Shown here in pieces: positions 30,052-39,581 of a DNA stretch of 64,000 nucleotides (within the stretch, counting starts at the first letter, position 1; the number at the start of each line of letters is the position of its first letter). The translations under genes were made by a program, and so were the position numbers. This DNA is from Aeromicrobium sp. GTDB taxonomy: Bacteria > Actinomycetota > Actinomycetes > Propionibacteriales > Nocardioidaceae. Under the pieces are notes generated by a model. That model was not told where the DNA came from and made no database searches. It worked only from the letters and a program-made list of their open reading frames with translations. The stretch is taken from positions 839 to 64,838 of the forward strand of contig NZ_JAKFEL010000110.1 in the NCBI RefSeq assembly GCF_036675695.1, in the 5' to 3' direction.

Positions 30052-31310
30052 AGCAGGCAGCTCTTGAGCTGCGTGACCGTGTAGAAGTAGCCGTTGGGTT
30101 CGGACGGCGTGCACGATGCGCGGAACTTCACCGGCACCTCGTTGTGGCGAATCGTCACCAGCGTGGGGCTGCCCGACTTCTTGTAGGCCACCCACTCGAT
30201 GCTTCCGGCCGGCAGGCCAGCGATGCGGCCACGCCACGGATTGTTGGCCCGGGTGTAGTAGCTGCTCGCTGACGCGTGAAGGTCGCTGCCGGGAATCCTG
30301 ATCAGCGCCGCGAACGGGACGGTCGTCTCGCCATGTCCGAGTCTGAACACGGCAGCCGTCGATCCGCCCTTGATCCGCGCATCCAGGCGCGAGAAGAAGT
30401 TGCTCAGCAGCGGCTTGGCCGCTCTGTACGAGTTGGTCTGCCCGGCGACGCCGGGACCATACTCATAGAACTTCTCAGCGTCCTTCACGTATCCGAGAAT
30501 CCGCGCGTCCTCCACCGGTACGTAGTCCTCGAAGTTCACGGAGGTGTGACCGGCCATGGCAGGGCCTGTGGAGTAGAGCACGTAGATGTCGAGTGCCGCG
30601 GACACCGGCGCAGAGAGGCTGTCGACGTACGACTGGGTGTACAACGTGCGGAGCACGTTCCTGGCCCCCACGCCCACGCCTGCGGACTTCTTGATCTTGG
30701 AGATGGCTGTGCGTCCGGCGGAGGTTGAGCCATTGGGGAGCTCAAGGAGTGACTCGCTGGTGGTCGTCGTCGCGTAGGTCAGACCGTCGACCACCGAGTC
30801 GATGCCGTACCGCATCGATGTGGCGCTCTGCTTGGTACGTGTGTACGTAGACGTCACCCGCGCAATCCGGTCACTCGGCGCAAGGGTCGTGAAGAAGTCC
30901 TCGTAGTTTTCGGCGGTGCGCTTGCCAATGCCCTGCCATTCGGCTTTGCCGAGATCGGTGAGCCTGCCGTAGCCGACACTGCGTTCGGCCGCTTGGAACG
31001 CTGCAAGGTCGTTGTCGAATGATTCGCCGACAGCTGTGACCTTGCCCTTCGACTTGGCGGCCTTCCAGATGTTCAGTGCGCGAGTCTCGGCGGAGGTGCT
31101 GGTCATGGAGCGGGAACCGTGACGGGCAACCGTTTCGATGAAGAGCATCTTGTATCCGGCTGGCGGGGTCAGCACCGGTGGCGTGGCGGCGGGATCGACG
31201 TACGGCGTCTGGTTGGCGTACGGCGACTCAAGCTCGACGGCTTGCGCGGGACCGACCAGGGCAGCAGCCAGCACGGCAAATGCTGCGCCGAGCTTGACGG
31301 CCTTCGACAT
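30048..31310 (-). CDS. Secreted histidine acid phosphatase (phytase/MINPP-like), copy 1
   Basis: Signal peptide MSKAVKLG...AQA; ARHGSRS and GHGETT motifs. Confidence 0.8.
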   Translation of the reverse strand: MSKAVKLGAAFAVLAAALVGPAQAVELESPYANQTPYVDPAATPPVLTPPAGYKMLFIETVARHGSRSMTSTSAETRALNIWKAAKSKGKVTAVGESFDNDLAAFQAAERSVGYGRLTDLGKAEWQGIGKRTAENYEDFFTTLAPSDRIARVTSTYTRTKQSATSMRYGIDSVVDGLTYATTTTSESLLELPNGSTSAGRTAISKIKKSAGVGVGARNVLRTLYTQSYVDSLSAPVSAALDIYVLYSTGPAMAGHTSVNFEDYVPVEDARILGYVKDAEKFYEYGPGVAGQTNSYRAAKPLLSNFFSRLDARIKGGSTAAVFRLGHGETTVPFAALIRIPGSDLHASASSYYTRANNPWRGRIAGLPAGSIEWVAYKKSGSPTLVTIRHNEVPVKFRASCTPSEPNGYFYTVTQLKSCLL

Positions 31311-31360
31311 GTGTCTCCCAGACGGTAGGTGCGCTCTGGGCAGTCTACGGCGGGGGCGGA

Positions 31361-31924
31361 TCAGGCTGGCTGGAATTGCTCGCTCAGGTAGGCGTGGAGC
31401 TCCGTGCGTTGCTGAGCAGTCAGCGGTCCACGCCGTTTGAGCAGCTTGGCCGCACCGCGAAGAGTCGTCGCGGGCACACCACCGACGACCAGCGGCCCCA
31501 CCGGGAGGTCTGCGCCGATGAAGCAGAACGCACCCGACACAGGCACGGTTGGCATCGGCCCGACAGCCATCGCCACGCGTACGGCGTCGATGTGCCGGCG
31601 CATCGAGTCGGCGAGCGCCGGGCGTACACGGCCATTGACGACGAACGCGTCGCGTCCGCGATTGGCGCGCACCTTGCGACCCCAATAGTCCTTGGGATCG
31701 AGCACGAACACGCCCGAAGGGGCAACCACGATGATGTCGACCTGTCCGTGAACCTTGCCAGAGCCAACGCGGCGGTTGAACAGGAACTGCACGGAGTCGC
31801 CCAGCGTGCTGGTGAGCACCTTCGTGGCTTCACGTTCGCCGGTGTCGCTGTACACAAACGGTGCCGTCGACACGAACTCGTGTTCCAACGAAATTTCGGG
31901 CGTGCGTGAGTCGCTCGCGTCCAT
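31361..31924 (-). CDS. NERD-like nuclease-domain protein, copy 1
   Basis: QVDIIVVAPSGVFVLDPKDY, PD-(D/E)xK-like; ATG 31924 with GGGAGGGAG RBS. Confidence 0.65.
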   Translation of the reverse strand: MDASDSRTPEISLEHEFVSTAPFVYSDTGEREATKVLTSTLGDSVQFLFNRRVGSGKVHGQVDIIVVAPSGVFVLDPKDYWGRKVRANRGRDAFVVNGRVRPALADSMRRHIDAVRVAMAVGPMPTVPVSGAFCFIGADLPVGPLVVGGVPATTLRGAAKLLKRRGPLTAQQRTELHAYLSEQFQPA

Positions 31925-32021
31925 TCGGGGCTCCCTCCCGGCGTGCTCTGTCGAGAATTCTCGGGGAGGTTGAGCCCTGTGTCCAATCGAAACGTCGGCG
32001 CAGGCAGCGCTTGAGCTCAGC

Positions 32022-32693
32022 TCAGGCCGGTGGGAACTCCGCACCCAGGTACTGATGGAGCGTCGAACGATCCTCTGCGGTGAGCGGACCAGCACGTTTG
32101 AGCATCTTCACCACGCCACGTGGTGTCGTTGCCAGCACGTTGTCGACGAGCATTCGCCCCCACGGCAGATCGGCCTCGATGAAGCAATAGGCCGCTGAAA
32201 CCTCAGCTGCAGGGATCGGACCCTCCGACACCGCTATGGCCACGGCGTCGATGTGACGTCTCATTCCGAGTGAGAGAGCGGGCCGCAACCGGCCGTCCAC
32301 GACGAATTCATCCCCGGCACGGTTCGCTCGAATCTGTTTTCCTGCGTACGCCTTGGGATCGATGACGAAAACGCCGCCGGGCGCGATCGCGATGATGTCG
32401 ATGCCCCTACGCTCAGGACCGATGCCGAGGCGCCGGTTGTAGAGGAACCGCACAGAGTCTCCGAGATCCCGATCGAATCTCTCGGCCACGGCTCGCTCCG
32501 CTGCGGCACGCTTCGCGAACGCCGTCGTCGTGTGCGGGACCTCGGTTCGTCCGATCAGCCATCGCCCGATCCACGGGTGTGCCGCGGTGATCCGTGCCCG
32601 GCGCTCGACAACACGCTGCTCGTGCGCAGCCAAACGCCGTTCGTACTCACGCTGGAACGATCCTCCAGGCGTGCCTGAATCCAAGGCATCCAT
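32022..32693 (-). CDS. NERD-like nuclease-domain protein, copy 2
   Basis: GIDIIAIAPGGVFVIDPKAY; collinear similarity with copy 1 (KRxGPLTA...LH.YL...F.PA end). Confidence 0.65.
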   Translation of the reverse strand: MDALDSGTPGGSFQREYERRLAAHEQRVVERRARITAAHPWIGRWLIGRTEVPHTTTAFAKRAAAERAVAERFDRDLGDSVRFLYNRRLGIGPERRGIDIIAIAPGGVFVIDPKAYAGKQIRANRAGDEFVVDGRLRPALSLGMRRHIDAVAIAVSEGPIPAAEVSAAYCFIEADLPWGRMLVDNVLATTPRGVVKMLKRAGPLTAEDRSTLHQYLGAEFPPA

Positions 32694-32765
32694 TCGGGTC
32701 TCCCTCCCGCAAAGCCTGATCCGAGTCTGCGGGAGATTGGTCGTCAGCGTCGCGGAATGAGAAAA

Positions 32766-34010
32766 TCAGCGCAGGCAGCGCTTGAGTTCGGCGACTTCGT
32801 AGAAGTAGGGCTCAGTCGACTTGCAGCCTTTGCGGAACTTCACCGGCTGCTCGTTGTAGCGCATCGTCACGAGTACGTCTTTGGCCCTGTTGCGGTAGGC
32901 GACCCATTCGATGTTGCTGCCGAGCCCGCCAGTGACGCGGCCGCGCCAGGGGTTGTTGTTGTACGTATAGACGTCACGCTTCGTGGCTTGCTTCTCGCTG
33001 CCGGGCAGTCCGATCAGAGCAGCGAACGGCATCGTCGTCTCACCGTGCGCAGGCCTGAAAACGGCGGCCGTGGATCCGCCCGCGACGCGCTTGTCGAGCT
33101 CGGCGAAGAAGTCATCGAGCACCGGCGCGGACGCGCGGTAGGAGTTGTCCTCTCCCACGACGCCTGGCCCAAACGAGTAGAAGTTCTGCGCGTCTGTCGC
33201 ATACGCGAGCACCTTGGCAAGTCTCAGCGGCACGTACTTCTCGAACGTCACGCTGGTGTCGCCTTGCATGCCCGGCGCGGTCGAATACAGCTTGTAGATG
33301 TCGAGCGCCTTGCGGGTGGGGTCGTCGAGGGAGTCGACGAATGCCGGGGTGTAGAGCTCGCGGAGCAGCGCCTTCGAGGCGTCGACGACGGTCTTGCCGG
33401 TGATGATCTCATTGATCGCGCTGTAGCCGGCGGGCGTTGCGCCGCGGGTGATCAGCAGACTCTTGTCGTCGATGCGCTCAGCGAGCTTGAGGTCCGGAAC
33501 GACCCGCTTGAGGCTGACGATCATTGCGTCGGCACTCTGACTGGTGCGCTGGAATGCGGTGACCTTGTATGCGATCTGGTCGCCCGCGGCAGCGGCCTGC
33601 TTGAGGTAGTCGCCGTAGTTGTCTGCCGTACGCCGCCCGATGCCGGCCCATTCGAGCTTGCCGATCGCGCCCATCCGCCCGTAGCCGATTGCGCGCTCGG
33701 CCTCCTGAAACGTCTCGAGGTCCTTGGCGAATGTCTCCCCGGTCGGTGTCAGCGCGTTCTGCTTTTCGGCGTCATCCCAGACCTTTCGGGCTCGCTGCTC
33801 CGCCAGCGAGCTGGTCAGGGAGCGGGAGCCGTGCCGTGCCACGTTCTGGATGAAGATCGGCTCGTAGCCCTTCGGCGGCGCCTTGATCGGCGACGCAGCC
33901 GCGTTGCCGTACGGCGTCTCCTTGTTGTAGCGCTCATCGACCGGCCCCGCGGCTTGCGACGAGAGGAAGGTGCTCAGAATCGCCGTGAGCGCCGCAATGA
34001 AGTTCATCAT
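32766..34010 (-). CDS. Secreted histidine acid phosphatase (phytase/MINPP-like), copy 2
   Basis: ARHGSRS, AHGETT, NNPWRG; paralogous to copy 1; ATG 34010. Confidence 0.8.
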   Translation of the reverse strand: MMNFIAALTAILSTFLSSQAAGPVDERYNKETPYGNAAASPIKAPPKGYEPIFIQNVARHGSRSLTSSLAEQRARKVWDDAEKQNALTPTGETFAKDLETFQEAERAIGYGRMGAIGKLEWAGIGRRTADNYGDYLKQAAAAGDQIAYKVTAFQRTSQSADAMIVSLKRVVPDLKLAERIDDKSLLITRGATPAGYSAINEIITGKTVVDASKALLRELYTPAFVDSLDDPTRKALDIYKLYSTAPGMQGDTSVTFEKYVPLRLAKVLAYATDAQNFYSFGPGVVGEDNSYRASAPVLDDFFAELDKRVAGGSTAAVFRPAHGETTMPFAALIGLPGSEKQATKRDVYTYNNNPWRGRVTGGLGSNIEWVAYRNRAKDVLVTMRYNEQPVKFRKGCKSTEPYFYEVAELKRCLR

Positions 34011-34103
34011 GTCGACCTTCACTGTATGTATGCCCGCCGACTCCAAGCGGTACGCCCGCGCCTCCACACGGTGAACGGCGCGCAAACACTCAGGTCTGCG
34101 GCA

Positions 34104-34682
34104 CTAGCCCTCGCGGTAGACCTTGGCCTTCGTCGCCACGACGAGTCCGACGGCGTCCGACATCGAGGAGTTGTGCTCCAGCAGGCCCCGGAAGATCGTG
34201 TCGACTCGCTTGGCTGCCGCCAGACGAGGCAGCAGGAGCAAGTCGAACGCGGCGCTCTCGAGCCAGCTGACCTCGGCCGTGTAGCCGACCACAGCTCTGG
34301 CGCCTGTCGCGTCGGCCAGCTGCATGAGCGTGTGGTCCCTGGCCGTACCAACCATGCGCCCGAGATAGAGGATGCGGCCCGCGAGCTTGCCGTCCAGCAG
34401 CGGAGCCAGCTCATTGAGCGAAAGAGCAGATCCGCCGAGGTCGATCTTGAGCTCGCCGTCCGTCTCGGAGCCGTGACACGCGAGATAGACGACCGGGAAC
34501 CTGGCTCGCGAAAAGCGACGCAGCTTCGCCAGATGGTGCTCGAGCTCGTATTGCGTCGTCACATCGCGGTGATAGAACTGCGCCTCATTCAGTCGCTCCA
34601 GCAGCTCGAGCACCGGCAGCACCGATTCTCTGCTGCGAACGGAGTCGTCCCAATCACCCTCGAGACAGAAGATCGATGTCAT
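34104..34682 (-). CDS. Hypothetical protein, DUF6642-like (caspase/CHAT-like fold suspected)
   Basis: IFCLEGDW, VYLACHG, VGYTAEVSWLESAAFDLLL; family assignment from memory. Confidence 0.6.
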   Translation of the reverse strand: MTSIFCLEGDWDDSVRSRESVLPVLELLERLNEAQFYHRDVTTQYELEHHLAKLRRFSRARFPVVYLACHGSETDGELKIDLGGSALSLNELAPLLDGKLAGRILYLGRMVGTARDHTLMQLADATGARAVVGYTAEVSWLESAAFDLLLLPRLAAAKRVDTIFRGLLEHNSSMSDAVGLVVATKAKVYREG

Positions 34683-34780
34683 CCGGTCGTCCCCTCGCGC
34701 CTGGGTCGCGGACTGCGACACCGCTGAGCCTATCGAGATATCGCGTTCTAGCTCGCGCTCGTCGTGGGAGGGTGTCTGCC

Positions 34781-35359
34781 ATGCAGACTCCCAAGGGTGC
34801 CGGATTCATCGCCGCTGTCGCGATCCTCACGCTCACAGTCATCCAGCTCGCGGTCGGAGCATTCGCCGGCCTGGACCAGTTCGAGGGCAAAGGTTTCGGC
34901 TACCGGCTCATCGCCTACCCGTTCCTGATGCTGATAGTGCCGTTCATCTGGTGGCGCGTGAGTCGTCGCAAAGATCCGGACGCCGAGCTGCCGTGGGGCG
35001 CGTTCGCGCTGATCATGTCGCCGTTCCTGGTCGACGTCAGCGGCAACACCGTCAATCTGTACGACTCGGTCGATTGGTGGGACAACGCCAACCACTTCTT
35101 CAACTGGATGTTGCTCCTGTGGGGCTGCGGGCTCCTCCTGCGCCTCCTCTGGACTGGGCCGGCGTGGAGCCTCGTCCTCACCATCACCGGACTCGGCGCG
35201 ATCTTGGCTGTCGGTTGGGAGCTCGGCGAGTGGTACACCTTCATCCGCCGCGGCACCGAGCTCGACGGAGCATACGAGGACACCCTCAGCGACGAGCTGC
35301 TCGGCACGCTGGGCGCGCTGTTGGCAGGCCTGATCGTAGGTCGGAAGGCCAGGACCTAG
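34781..35359 (+). CDS. Hypothetical multi-pass membrane protein (DUF2238-like)
   Basis: WWDNANHFFNW, GWELGEW, DTLSDELLGTLG motifs; 5-6 TMs. Confidence 0.7.
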   Translation: MQTPKGAGFIAAVAILTLTVIQLAVGAFAGLDQFEGKGFGYRLIAYPFLMLIVPFIWWRVSRRKDPDAELPWGAFALIMSPFLVDVSGNTVNLYDSVDWWDNANHFFNWMLLLWGCGLLLRLLWTGPAWSLVLTITGLGAILAVGWELGEWYTFIRRGTELDGAYEDTLSDELLGTLGALLAGLIVGRKART

Positions 35360-38040
35360 CGAGAGTCCGAACCCGTACCCGCCGACCGGCCAGCCTCAAG
35401 GCGAGCAACCGGCACCCGGTAGGGCGAGCACGACACGTAGTCGAGCCCGACCGAGTCGAAGAAGTGGATCGAGTCCGGGTCTCCCCCGTGCTCACCGCAC
35501 ACGCCGAGGTGCAGGTCAGGGCGCACTTTACGTCCCTTGCTGACCGCCATCGCCACCAATGCGCCGACGCCGTCGACGTCCAGCGACTCGAACGGCGACA
35601 CCGGGAAGATGCCCTTGTCGAGGTAGGTCGAGAAGAACGAAGCCTCCACGTCATCGCGCGAAAAGCCCCACGTCATCTGCGTCAGGTCATTAGTGCCGAA
35701 GGAGAAGAACTCCGCCGACTCGGCGATCTTGTCGGCGACCATCACCGCGCGTGGCAGCTCGATCATGGTGCCGATCTTGAACGCCAGCTTGGCATTGGTC
35801 TCCTTCTGGACCTCACCCGCAACGGAGATGACCTCGGCCTTCATCAGCTCGAACTCCTGTGAGGCGGCGACCAGCGGGATCATGATCTCCGGTTGTGGGT
35901 CGCCCCCTTCGTGAATGCGCGCTGCGGTGGCTTCGAGGATCGCCCGCGCCTGCATCTTGAACAGACCGGGGATGACGATGCCGAGCCGTACGCCGCGCAG
36001 CCCGAGCATCGGGTTCTCCTCGTGGAGGCGCTTCACGGCGTCGAGCAGCTTGTGAGTGCGCGGCTCATCCGTGCCGTGCTCCTCCTCGTGCGCGACTCGT
36101 ACGGCCAGCTCGGTGTAGTCGGGGAGGAACTCGTGCAGCGGCGGGTCGATCAGCCGGATCGTGACTGGCAACCCGTCCATCGCCTCGAGAATGCCGACGA
36201 AGTCTTCGCGCTGCAGCGGCAACAGCGCGTCGAGCGCCTCGTGCTGCTGCTCGGGCGTCTCGGCCAAGATCAGGTGCTCGACGAGCTCGCGACGGTCGCC
36301 GAGGAACATGTGCTCGGTGCGGCACAGCCCGATGCCCTGGGCGCCGAACCTGCGGGCCCGCGCAGCGTCCTCGGGAGTGTCGGCGTTGGCTCGTACGGCC
36401 AGCCGGCGCTCGCCGTCGGCGTGCTCCATGAGCGCGGTCACGGCTCGTACGAGCTCGTCACCTGCCGCTGTCTCGTCGCCCTCGAAGTAGCGCACCACGA
36501 CTGAGTCCATCACCTCGACGGCACCTTCGAAGATCTCGCCGGTCGTGCCGTCGATCGAGATCAGGTCGCCCTCACCGATGACGGTGCCGTCGGCGGCGGT
36601 GAACTTGCGGGCCTCGAAGTCGATCTCGAGCTCGTCGGCGCCGCACACGCACGTACGTCCCATGCCGCGTGCGACCACCGCAGCGTGCGAGGTCTTGCCG
36701 CCTCGGCTCGTCAGGATGCCGGTGGCGGCGACCATGCCAGAGAGATCGTCAGGGGTCGTCGTGCGGCGTACGAGGATGACGTCTTCACCCTTGGCCGCCC
36801 ACTCGACAGCGGTCGGTGAGTCGAATACGGCCTTGCCGACGGCTGCGCCCGGCGAGGCGTTCATACCCTCGCCGATGAGGTGCCGCTCGGCCTTGTCGTC
36901 GAAGCGCGGGAACATCAGCTGAGCCAGCTGCGCTCCTGTGACCCGGTTGACGGCTTCGTCGAGGTCGATCAGGCCCTCCTCGGCAAACGAGTGGGCGATG
37001 CGGAACGCGGCCTCGGCCGTACGCTTGCCGACGCGGGTCTGCAGCATCCAGAGCTTGCCGTGCTCGACGGTGAACTCGATGTCACACAGGTCCTTGTAGT
37101 GCTTCTCGAGGCGATCCATGATGTCGATGAGCTCGTCGTACGCGGCCTTGTCGATCTGCTCGAGGTCGGCGAGCGGGACGGTGTTGCGGATGCCGGCGAC
37201 GACGTCCTCACCCTGGGCGTTGACGAGGTAGTCGCCATAGACGCCCTGCGCGCCGGTCGCCGGGTCGCGGGTGAACGCGACGCCTGTACCGGAGTCGTCT
37301 CCCCCGTTGCCGTAGACCATGGTGCAGATGTTGACGGCGGTACCGAGGTCGTCGGGGATCTGCTCCTGGCGGCGATAGAGCCTGGCGCGGTCGGTGTTCC
37401 ACGAGTCGAAGACCGCCAGCACTGCCATGTCCAGCTGTTCGCGGGGGTCCTGCGGGAAGTCGCCGCCGGCGTGCTCACGGATCACGTCCTTGTAGGACTC
37501 GACGAGCCCCCGCAGGTCGTCAGCGGTCAGGTCAAGGTCGGCCTTGGTGCCGCGCTGGGTCTTGAGCGCGTCGAGAACCTCGGCGAACTCGCTCGACTCG
37601 ATGCCGAGCACGGTACTTCCGAACATCTGCAGCAGCCGCCTGTAGGAGTCGTACGCAAACCGCTCGTCGCCGCCGGCCACCTTGGCCAAGCCCTTGACCG
37701 ACTCGTCGTTGAGGCCGACGTTGAGGACGGTCTCCATCATCCCGGGCATGGAGAACTTCGCGCCAGACCGTACCGACACCAGCAGCGGGTCGTCTGGATC
37801 GCCGAGAGTCTTGCCTCTTTCCTTCTCCAGCCTGGCGAGGTGTTCGCCGACCTCGTCGGCCAGACCAGCGGGCTCCTTGCCCTCGGCGAGGAACGCTCGG
37901 CACGCGTCGGTGCTGATGATGAACCCGGGCGGCACCGGCATACCCAGCCCGGTCATCTCCGCAAGGTTCGCTCCCTTGCCGCCCAAGAGATCCTTCTGGT
38001 CCATCCCGCCTTCGCTGAAGTCATACACATACTTGGCCAT
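35356..38040 (-). CDS. ppdK: Pyruvate, phosphate dikinase
   Basis: LLGGKGANLAEM, GGKTSHAAVVARG phospho-His, GLCRTEHMF, SFGTNDLTQ, GVCGEHGGDP. Confidence 0.96.
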   Translation of the reverse strand: MAKYVYDFSEGGMDQKDLLGGKGANLAEMTGLGMPVPPGFIISTDACRAFLAEGKEPAGLADEVGEHLARLEKERGKTLGDPDDPLLVSVRSGAKFSMPGMMETVLNVGLNDESVKGLAKVAGGDERFAYDSYRRLLQMFGSTVLGIESSEFAEVLDALKTQRGTKADLDLTADDLRGLVESYKDVIREHAGGDFPQDPREQLDMAVLAVFDSWNTDRARLYRRQEQIPDDLGTAVNICTMVYGNGGDDSGTGVAFTRDPATGAQGVYGDYLVNAQGEDVVAGIRNTVPLADLEQIDKAAYDELIDIMDRLEKHYKDLCDIEFTVEHGKLWMLQTRVGKRTAEAAFRIAHSFAEEGLIDLDEAVNRVTGAQLAQLMFPRFDDKAERHLIGEGMNASPGAAVGKAVFDSPTAVEWAAKGEDVILVRRTTTPDDLSGMVAATGILTSRGGKTSHAAVVARGMGRTCVCGADELEIDFEARKFTAADGTVIGEGDLISIDGTTGEIFEGAVEVMDSVVVRYFEGDETAAGDELVRAVTALMEHADGERRLAVRANADTPEDAARARRFGAQGIGLCRTEHMFLGDRRELVEHLILAETPEQQHEALDALLPLQREDFVGILEAMDGLPVTIRLIDPPLHEFLPDYTELAVRVAHEEEHGTDEPRTHKLLDAVKRLHEENPMLGLRGVRLGIVIPGLFKMQARAILEATAARIHEGGDPQPEIMIPLVAASQEFELMKAEVISVAGEVQKETNAKLAFKIGTMIELPRAVMVADKIAESAEFFSFGTNDLTQMTWGFSRDDVEASFFSTYLDKGIFPVSPFESLDVDGVGALVAMAVSKGRKVRPDLHLGVCGEHGGDPDSIHFFDSVGLDYVSCSPYRVPVARLEAGRSAGTGSDSR

Positions 38041-38113
38041 GCCGCGAGCATGACTCAATGACGGGCTATCGCAACAGGGGCGAAGGGCCCGCAGTCTTGC
38101 TGCTCAACCGCTG

Positions 38114-39487
38114 TCAGAGTGACCACGCGGCGAGCTTTGCCATGCCGGCGTCCACATGCGTCTGCAGTCGGCCGACCGCATCGTCCAGGTCAGCCGAACC
38201 CGGGTGGTCCGGCGCTATACGTGCAGGGTTGAGCGGCACACCATCCGCCCAAGCCTTGATGTCCGGCTCAGAACCGAACGACTTCGCGGCTCGGGCCCCA
38301 AGGACAGTCATCCTCGCCCAACTCTCCATGGTGTCGGGCAGCGGCGTCGGTGGGCACAGCCTGTTCTTCTCCACGTCGTCGTCGCGGGTTGCCTCGACAT
38401 ATCCGGCTAGCGCTGCGCCGAAGCACGGGAACCCGGCGCGGATCGGCTGAACTGTGATCGCAGATGGCCCCCAGATCGGAACGTTCGGCGGGTACTTGAG
38501 GCCTGCCGCCGCACAATGCACGACGACGGCATCCTTCGCGATCGGTACTGATCCGTGTTCGAGGGTGATCTGCCCGGGCTCAACCCCGCGTATGTGCCCC
38601 AACCGGACAACCTGCTCGACCGTGCGCAGATGGTCGAGCTCCCACGCGGCGAGTGTGGGTGCCTTGGCCATCGTTGGCATGACCGAACGGTCGATGCGGA
38701 GCATGATCCCGGCATCCTCGAGACGCACGAAGAGGTCCTCCAACGATGCCGATCCCTCTGCCGCCTGCACGGTGTCGGCAACCATGCCGAGGAACACCGC
38801 GGGATTGGGCTGCACGACGGCGCGATTGAGCATCCACGGGTCGCGCGGTCTGACCCAGCAGATCTTGTCGGGCGGCTCGCCGTTGGTGATGAGCCACACG
38901 ATGGCGTCGGTCGCCGACTTGCCGGAGCCCACCACGACGTACTGACTCGGGGTGTCGGTCATCGCAGCCAGATCGTTGATCGGAATCACCTGGACACCGT
39001 CGGCGACTTCGAACGGTGGCGGCGTGTTCGCCGGTATGTCGGGGGCCAGGTAGCGCGCGTCGACGATGCGGCAGCGCTGTGGGACCTCGAACCGCTCCCC
39101 CGAGCTCTGCGAGACGAATGTGCGGTCCCCGACGTAGTCGCACCCGGCGAAGAACTCGACCTTGCCCGAGCCGATCATCCGATCCGCCAGGACGTGGTCG
39201 TAGTAGGCGCAGATCTCCGACACAGACGCCCGCTCGTGCAGGCCCGCCTCAGGACCGCTCTCCTGCAGCCGTCCACCGCCCAGCAAGGTCGACGCAACAC
39301 CGTAGAACGCGGAGGCCTGGTGCAGCCGGACGAACGGATAGGCGTCGCGCCAGTGCCCACCGACGGCCTCCCGGCGGTCGACCATGGCCACGCGTACGTC
39401 GGCGTGATCGATCAGCGCATCGGTGAATGCCATGCCGGCGGCCCCGGCTCCCACGACCAAGTAGTCGGCTTCCACAGTCCGCGCCAT
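38114..39487 (-). CDS. FAD/NAD(P)-dependent oxidoreductase
   Basis: YLVVGAGAAG, GGHWRDAYPFVRLHQ, VVGSGKSATD. Confidence 0.78.
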   Translation of the reverse strand: MARTVEADYLVVGAGAAGMAFTDALIDHADVRVAMVDRREAVGGHWRDAYPFVRLHQASAFYGVASTLLGGGRLQESGPEAGLHERASVSEICAYYDHVLADRMIGSGKVEFFAGCDYVGDRTFVSQSSGERFEVPQRCRIVDARYLAPDIPANTPPPFEVADGVQVIPINDLAAMTDTPSQYVVVGSGKSATDAIVWLITNGEPPDKICWVRPRDPWMLNRAVVQPNPAVFLGMVADTVQAAEGSASLEDLFVRLEDAGIMLRIDRSVMPTMAKAPTLAAWELDHLRTVEQVVRLGHIRGVEPGQITLEHGSVPIAKDAVVVHCAAAGLKYPPNVPIWGPSAITVQPIRAGFPCFGAALAGYVEATRDDDVEKNRLCPPTPLPDTMESWARMTVLGARAAKSFGSEPDIKAWADGVPLNPARIAPDHPGSADLDDAVGRLQTHVDAGMAKLAAWSL

Positions 39488-39532
39488 GTCTCACCAAAGC
39501 ACGGTGTCCCGCGGACGTCCATGGAAACGCAA

Positions 39533-39565
39533 TCCGGCCGCACACCGTGATGGTGTGCGGCCGGA
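39533..39565. terminator. Hairpin downstream of the RTX-repeat gene
   Basis: TCCGGCCGCACACC-GTGAT-GGTGTGCGGCCGGA, 14-bp perfect stem. Confidence 0.7.
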
Positions 39566-39581
39566 GATGCGTACTGGTGGA

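Noticed and set aside
32757-34727. Long antisense ORFs (e.g. 32757-34727, 49497-51533, 1184-2254, 36880-38061)
   Set aside because: These are shadow ORFs opposite well-supported genes, expected in high-GC DNA.
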